NCBI GenBank assembly: GCA_963778755.1
Contig: CAVZVJ010000004.1
Location: forward strand, 148,805 to 212,804
Source: an uncultured Acidobacteriota bacterium
GTDB taxonomy: Bacteria; Actinomycetota; Acidimicrobiia; Spongiisociales; ZC4RG35
Reading direction: 5' to 3'
Length of the DNA: 64,000 bases
The notes beneath the pieces are model-generated. The model was not told the origin of the DNA and did no database searches. It worked only from the letters and a program-made list of their open reading frames with translations. This document shows, in pieces, positions 59,708-64,000 of this stretch. Both the position numbers and the translations under genes were made by a program. How positions within the stretch are numbered: position 1 is the stretch's first letter; each line of letters starts with the position of its first letter.

Positions 59708-60729
59708 GTCTGCTCCTCGACTTCGAATCCCTCCCGTGCCAGTGCAGCCCTGAGAGGCTCCACCTCGCCCGGTCGCACCGAGATGGTGAGGATTCCACCA
59801 CCACCGTGCACGGCGTGGCGGAGCTGGAGGTCACGGACATCGACCCGGCTCTCCCGGAGCGCTTGACCGACCCTCCCGATCTCACCGGGACGATCGGAGA
59901 GGATCACTTCAACACCAGCGACCGGCGGAGCCATCTCCGCCCTCCTCAACCGTGCCCGGTCGAGACTCCGTGCGACGGACTCGAGGTCTCCCCGGTCGAT
60001 CTCGCCGCGCAGCTCTTGAAGATTGGAAATCAGGGCGTCGAGGGATCCGCTCACCGCGACCGAGTTCGCCGCCAGCACCTCTGGCCACCAGTTCGATTCG
60101 GCCGAGGCCACCCTGGTGAGATCACGAAAGCTGCCTGACACCAGGTCGGCCGTGTCCGGATTCCCGGCTACCAGATCGACCAGGGCTACGGCCAGGAGGT
60201 GGGGGAGATGGGAGATCGCAGCGACGACCCGGTCGTGATGGTCGGCAGACATGACCACCGGGTTGGCCCCAATCGAGCTCACGATCTGGCGCATCTGGGC
60301 CAGGTCCTCGGCCGTCGCCTGATCGTCGCAAAGGATCCATGCGGCGCCACGGAACAGCGATCCAGAGGATGCGCCGGGGCCGGCGTGCTCACGTCCCGCC
60401 ATCGGGTGCCCGCCGACAAATCGGAGATGGGAGGGCGCAGCGTCGATCATTGGCTGTTTGACGCTGGTCACGTCGGTGACCAGGGCATTGGTCACCAAGC
60501 CACCCAACGTTTCGAGGTTGGCTGAGAGTGGCCCCGCGAGGATCACCAAGTCGGCGCCATCGATCGCGTCGTCGATCGAATCGGCGGCATCGACAGCACC
60601 GCGTTCGGCGGCTACCGCGATCGCCTCGGTGGCGGGATCCCATCCTTTGGTGCCCCACCCTTGGTCGCGGAAGGCCAAGCCGATGGAAGCTCCGATCAGC
60701 CCGGTCCCGATGATCGCTGCCTGTGACAT
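59704..60729 (-). CDS. tyrA: Prephenate dehydrogenase with C-terminal ACT domain
   Basis: GTGLIGASIG, TDVTSVK, GGHPMAGRE, ISHLPH, FRDLTRVA, DRPGEIG. Confidence 0.9.
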   Translation of the reverse strand: MSQAAIIGTGLIGASIGLAFRDQGWGTKGWDPATEAIAVAAERGAVDAADSIDDAIDGADLVILAGPLSANLETLGGLVTNALVTDVTSVKQPMIDAAPSHLRFVGGHPMAGREHAGPGASSGSLFRGAAWILCDDQATAEDLAQMRQIVSSIGANPVVMSADHHDRVVAAISHLPHLLAVALVDLVAGNPDTADLVSGSFRDLTRVASAESNWWPEVLAANSVAVSGSLDALISNLQELRGEIDRGDLESVARSLDRARLRRAEMAPPVAGVEVILSDRPGEIGRVGQALRESRVDVRDLQLRHAVHGGGGILTISVRPGEVEPLRAALAREGFEVEEQT

Positions 60730-60735
60730 GACCGA

Positions 60736-61650
60736 TCAGCTTTGGTACGCGTCGAACACGGTGTCGAGAACATCGAGGTCAGGCATGAAGATCTGCATGT
60801 AAAACCGTTGGCAGCCCGCCTCGCCGAGAGCGGCCAGCATCTCGGCCGGTTTGGAGCCTGACCCGTGCGGATACCCCCGTTCGCTGTAAACGGTCTCGAT
60901 CCGCTCAGGGGTGGACTTGGTCTTTGCGGCCTGCTTTTCGAGGAGGCGGCGGTAGTCACTTTCGGTGCGCGCCGCCACCGCCGGCCCGGCCATGGACAGG
61001 AAGATCGAGCCCGGGTCACGGTCGGCGTCGATTGCAGCGGCGTGGGCCGTGGCCGCCCGCTGCGCGTACTCGTCGGGATGGCAGGCGTAGATGTTGAACT
61101 CGTCCGCGTAGAGACCGGCAAGCCGTGGCGTCTTCTTCTGCCCACCTCCTCCCACCAGCAACCTGACGTTGGTGTGGTGAGGGTGCGGGTCAAACTCGGC
61201 CAACTGGTAGTGAAACCCCTTGAAGGACCTGGCTTCAGGCGTGAGTGCTGCCCGCAGATAGGCGAGACACTCCTCGAGCATCTCGTAACGGACCTTTCGC
61301 TCCGGGTAGTCGATCCCATACAGCTCGAATTCCTCATTGAGCCAGCCCACGCCGACTCCCATGGTGAATCGGCCACCTGAGATCTCGTCGAGGGTGACCG
61401 CCATCTTGTAGAGCACGGCTGGGTGGCGAAACGTGACGGGGGACAACAGCGAAACCAGCTGCAGGCTCGTTGTCTCCCTGGCGAGAGCGGCGAGATGGAC
61501 GAGGTGGTCGTAGGCAGGATGGTTGGGGTCGTCACCTCGCTCTAGGTAGTGGTCAGGGAGGGCGATCGCCGCCAGTCCACGCTCTTCCGCCCATCGGGCC
61601 GTGGCCAGGATCAGGTCCCAGGACCCTCGATTCTGTATGGCGAATTCCAT
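60736..61650 (-). CDS. LLM-class flavin (F420)-dependent oxidoreductase
   Basis: LPDHY, SPVTFRHP, SGGRFTMGVGVGW, ADEFNIY. Confidence 0.88.
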   Translation of the reverse strand: MEFAIQNRGSWDLILATARWAEERGLAAIALPDHYLERGDDPNHPAYDHLVHLAALARETTSLQLVSLLSPVTFRHPAVLYKMAVTLDEISGGRFTMGVGVGWLNEEFELYGIDYPERKVRYEMLEECLAYLRAALTPEARSFKGFHYQLAEFDPHPHHTNVRLLVGGGGQKKTPRLAGLYADEFNIYACHPDEYAQRAATAHAAAIDADRDPGSIFLSMAGPAVAARTESDYRRLLEKQAAKTKSTPERIETVYSERGYPHGSGSKPAEMLAALGEAGCQRFYMQIFMPDLDVLDTVFDAYQS

Positions 61651-61683
61651 CGGGAGGCGAGACTAGGGGTTTCCCCCCGCCCT

Positions 61684-62247
61684 TCAGCCGACGGCGGCGG
61701 CGTCTTCGAGAAGCGCCCGAGCATGGGCCGCCACATCGAAGTTGGGGTCGAGCACCCGGTGAAGGGCGATGCCGTTGAGAGCGAGGACCAGCGTCTCCGC
61801 CCGGCGGGTCGCATGCTCTTCGGGCATCTCCGGGGCTTGACGTTGGATTGCAGAGGCAAAACGGCGGACTCGCCCCTCGTGATGTCTCAGCAATCGGCCC
61901 CGCAACTCGGGATTGGTGGCCGCGCCCGAAACCGCGATCCGGATGTACACCCTGGCCAGCGCCGGCTGCTCCACGAGGAATCGCTCATAGGCGTCGACCA
62001 GCTCGTCGAGCGTGTCGGTGCCCTGTCCTTCGGGGTCGGGGTCGACAGCATCGATCGCCTCACGGACGACGGTGAGCACGGCTTGCTCCTTCGAGTCGAA
62101 CAGGTTGTAGAAGCTGCCGGGGAGGACGCCCGCCTCGTCGCAGATCGCCTTGATCGTGGTCCCCTCGAGACCCTTGCCCGCGATCAGCGATCGTGTGGCG
62201 TCCAGGATCCGATCACTGGTCTCCAGACCCGCCTTGTACCGCATCAC
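61684..62247 (-). CDS. TetR family transcriptional regulator
   Basis: GTTIKAICDEAGVLPGSFYNLFDSK HTH. Confidence 0.9.
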   Translation of the reverse strand: MMRYKAGLETSDRILDATRSLIAGKGLEGTTIKAICDEAGVLPGSFYNLFDSKEQAVLTVVREAIDAVDPDPEGQGTDTLDELVDAYERFLVEQPALARVYIRIAVSGAATNPELRGRLLRHHEGRVRRFASAIQRQAPEMPEEHATRRAETLVLALNGIALHRVLDPNFDVAAHARALLEDAAAVG

Positions 62248-62273
62248 CGAAACGGTAGCCCTCAGGTCTTACA

Positions 62274-62307
62274 TTGAGTGTTCACACAAATTAGAGTTAT
62301 CACTCAA
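62274..62307. promoter_or_regulatory. Two tandem imperfect palindromes (TTGAGTG-NN-CACTCAA), putative TetR operators
   Basis: TTGAGTGTTCACACAA 62274-89 and TAGAGTTATCACTCAA 62292-307 in a divergent promoter. Confidence 0.6.
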
Positions 62308-62325
62308 ATAGTGGGAGATAGTCGG

Positions 62326-64000
62326 TTGAGTCACTACAAGTCGAATCTCCGGGACATCGAGTTCAACCTCTTCGAGGTGCTCCACATTCAGGACCACCTT
62401 GGTGTGGGGGAGTGGTCCGGTCTCGACTTCGACACCGCCCGAGACGTCCTCCACGAAATCGAGCGGCTTGCTCGTGAGGACTTCGCCGCCTCCTATGTCG
62501 ACCAGGATCGGATCCCCCTCGAGTTGAAGGACGGGAGCGTCACCCTGCCCGACTCGGTGAAGGCAGGGGTGAAGGCTTACAAGGACGGGGGGTGGGACCG
62601 TTTCGGGACCCGCGCCGAGCTTGGCGGGATGCCCGTTCCTCCGACTCTCCTCTGGGCGACCCAGGAGATGCTCCTGGCCTCGAACACGACGGTCGCCTGG
62701 TACGCCGGAGGATCGCTGTTCGCCGGGGTCTTGTTCGAGGAGGGGACCGATGAGCAGAAAGCTCTGGCCCAACTCTGGATGGACCGCCAGTGGTCGGGAA
62801 GCATGATTCTCACCGAGCCCGATGCCGGCTCCGACGTTGGCGCCAGCACGACCAAGGCCATCGACATGGGTGACGGCACCTGGCATCTCGAGGGCGTCAA
62901 GCGCTTCATCACCGGGGGCGAGCACGACGCCACCGAGAACATCATCCATCTCGTGCTTGCCCGCCCCGAGGGAGCAATCGCCGGCACCAAGGGCCTGTCT
63001 CTCTTCGTGGTGCCCAAGTACTTGATCAACTCGGATGGCAGCCTCGGTGAGCGCAACGGTGTCGTCGCCACTCACATCGAGAAGAAGATGGGCCTCAAGG
63101 GCTCGACCACCTGTGAGATGACTTTTGGCGCCGAGAAGCCGGCCATCGGGACTCTGGTCGGGGATGTCCACGATGGCATCCGTCAGATGTTCCGCGTCAT
63201 CGAGGGGGCCCGCATGATGATCGGCACCAAGGCGATGGGAACCCTGAGCACGGGGTACCTCAACGCACTCGAATACGCCAAGGAGCGGCGTCAGGGTGCG
63301 GATCTCAGCAAAGCCGGCGACAAGACGGCGCCACGGGTCCCGATCATCAGCCATCCCGACGTTCGAAGGATGCTGATGACTCTGAAGGCAAACTCAGAGG
63401 GGCTGCGCGCCCTTGTGATGTACACCGCATGGGTCCAGGACCAGTCACGACTCCACCCAGACGACGACCGCTGGGAGCGGCGCTCTGATTTCCTCCTGCC
63501 ACTGGTCAAGGGATATGCGTCCGAGACGGCGTACCACCAACTCGCCGACGCCCTGCAGGTGCTCGGTGGCTCCGGCTACACCCAGGACTATCCGCTGGAG
63601 CAGTACATCCGGGACACCAAAATCGACACGATCTACGAGGGGACCACCGGGATCCAGGCTCTCGACCTCTTTTTCCGGAAGATCTCGCGGGACCAGGGGA
63701 ACACGGTGGCGGCCCTTGCATCGGAGATCACCGAGTTCGTCAAGGGGGGACGTGGAGACGACCCGCTTGCTCCGGAGCGAGAGCAGCTGGGAGTCATGCT
63801 CGACGATGCCCAAGCCCAACTGGGGTCGATGGTCGAGGACCTCCTCGAATCGTTCACCGGCGACTCGACCGAGATCTACAAGGTCGGCCTTCACACCAAT
63901 TCGCTGCTGGCCTCGTTCGCTGAGGTGATCATCGCCTGGCAGCTTCTCCGTCATGCCGAGATTGCGATCACCAAGGTCGAGGAAGACCCTTTCTACGCGG
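62326..64000 (+). CDS. Long acyl-CoA dehydrogenase, FadE5-like (partial)
   Basis: TTG start MSHYKSNLRDIEFNLFEV; MILTEPDAGSDVG, GVKRFITGG, IDTIYEGTTGIQ; open to the window end. Confidence 0.9.
   Translation, partial: MSHYKSNLRDIEFNLFEVLHIQDHLGVGEWSGLDFDTARDVLHEIERLAREDFAASYVDQDRIPLELKDGSVTLPDSVKAGVKAYKDGGWDRFGTRAELGGMPVPPTLLWATQEMLLASNTTVAWYAGGSLFAGVLFEEGTDEQKALAQLWMDRQWSGSMILTEPDAGSDVGASTTKAIDMGDGTWHLEGVKRFITGGEHDATENIIHLVLARPEGAIAGTKGLSLFVVPKYLINSDGSLGERNGVVATHIEKKMGLKGSTTCEMTFGAEKPAIGTLVGDVHDGIRQMFRVIEGARMMIGTKAMGTLSTGYLNALEYAKERRQGADLSKAGDKTAPRVPIISHPDVRRMLMTLKANSEGLRALVMYTAWVQDQSRLHPDDDRWERRSDFLLPLVKGYASETAYHQLADALQVLGGSGYTQDYPLEQYIRDTKIDTIYEGTTGIQALDLFFRKISRDQGNTVAALASEITEFVKGGRGDDPLAPEREQLGVMLDDAQAQLGSMVEDLLESFTGDSTEIYKVGLHTNSLLASFAEVIIAWQLLRHAEIAITKVEEDPFYA

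Noticed and set aside
2045-63954. Long antisense or alternate-frame ORFs (e.g. 2045..3190, 22792..24003, 44781..46013, 62269..63354)
   Set aside because: Shadow ORFs expected in high-GC DNA opposite well-supported genes; no recognisable motifs.

Overview
High-GC actinobacterial chromosome segment. Gene content (DosR/DosS-like pair, GlnA4, FadE5-like ACAD, LLM oxidoreductases, many apparently leaderless genes) fits Acidimicrobiia; this is an inference. About a dozen ordinary genes carry small frameshifts, typical of an unpolished long-read assembly. Contents: (1) 1-16.3 kb, an amine/N-methyl catabolic cluster tied together by four copies of a CTGAAC-N4-GTTCAG operator and ending in an internally deleted purU; (2) 16.3-28.8 kb, a ydcSTUV-patD-like polyamine operon and a GlnA4-type glutamylation cluster; (3) an OmpR two-component module flanked by two paralogous exported proteins; (4) a DosR/DosS-like locus with a cupredoxin-fused two-domain multicopper oxidase; (5) a split SUF system with two sufC genes around fumC; (6) tyrA, LLM enzymes and TetR-fadE5. 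The most striking unexplained signal is a dispersed family of multi-hairpin repeats of about 120-145 bp (ends GTTGTCCCC...GGGGACAAC; 3 full and 2 partial copies, with compensatory base changes). One copy is fused to the 3' end of a DUF559 (Vsr-like) endonuclease gene, suggesting a REPIN-like repeat system that may be served by DUF559 rather than RAYT. No rRNA, tRNA, CRISPR array or classical transposase was seen.
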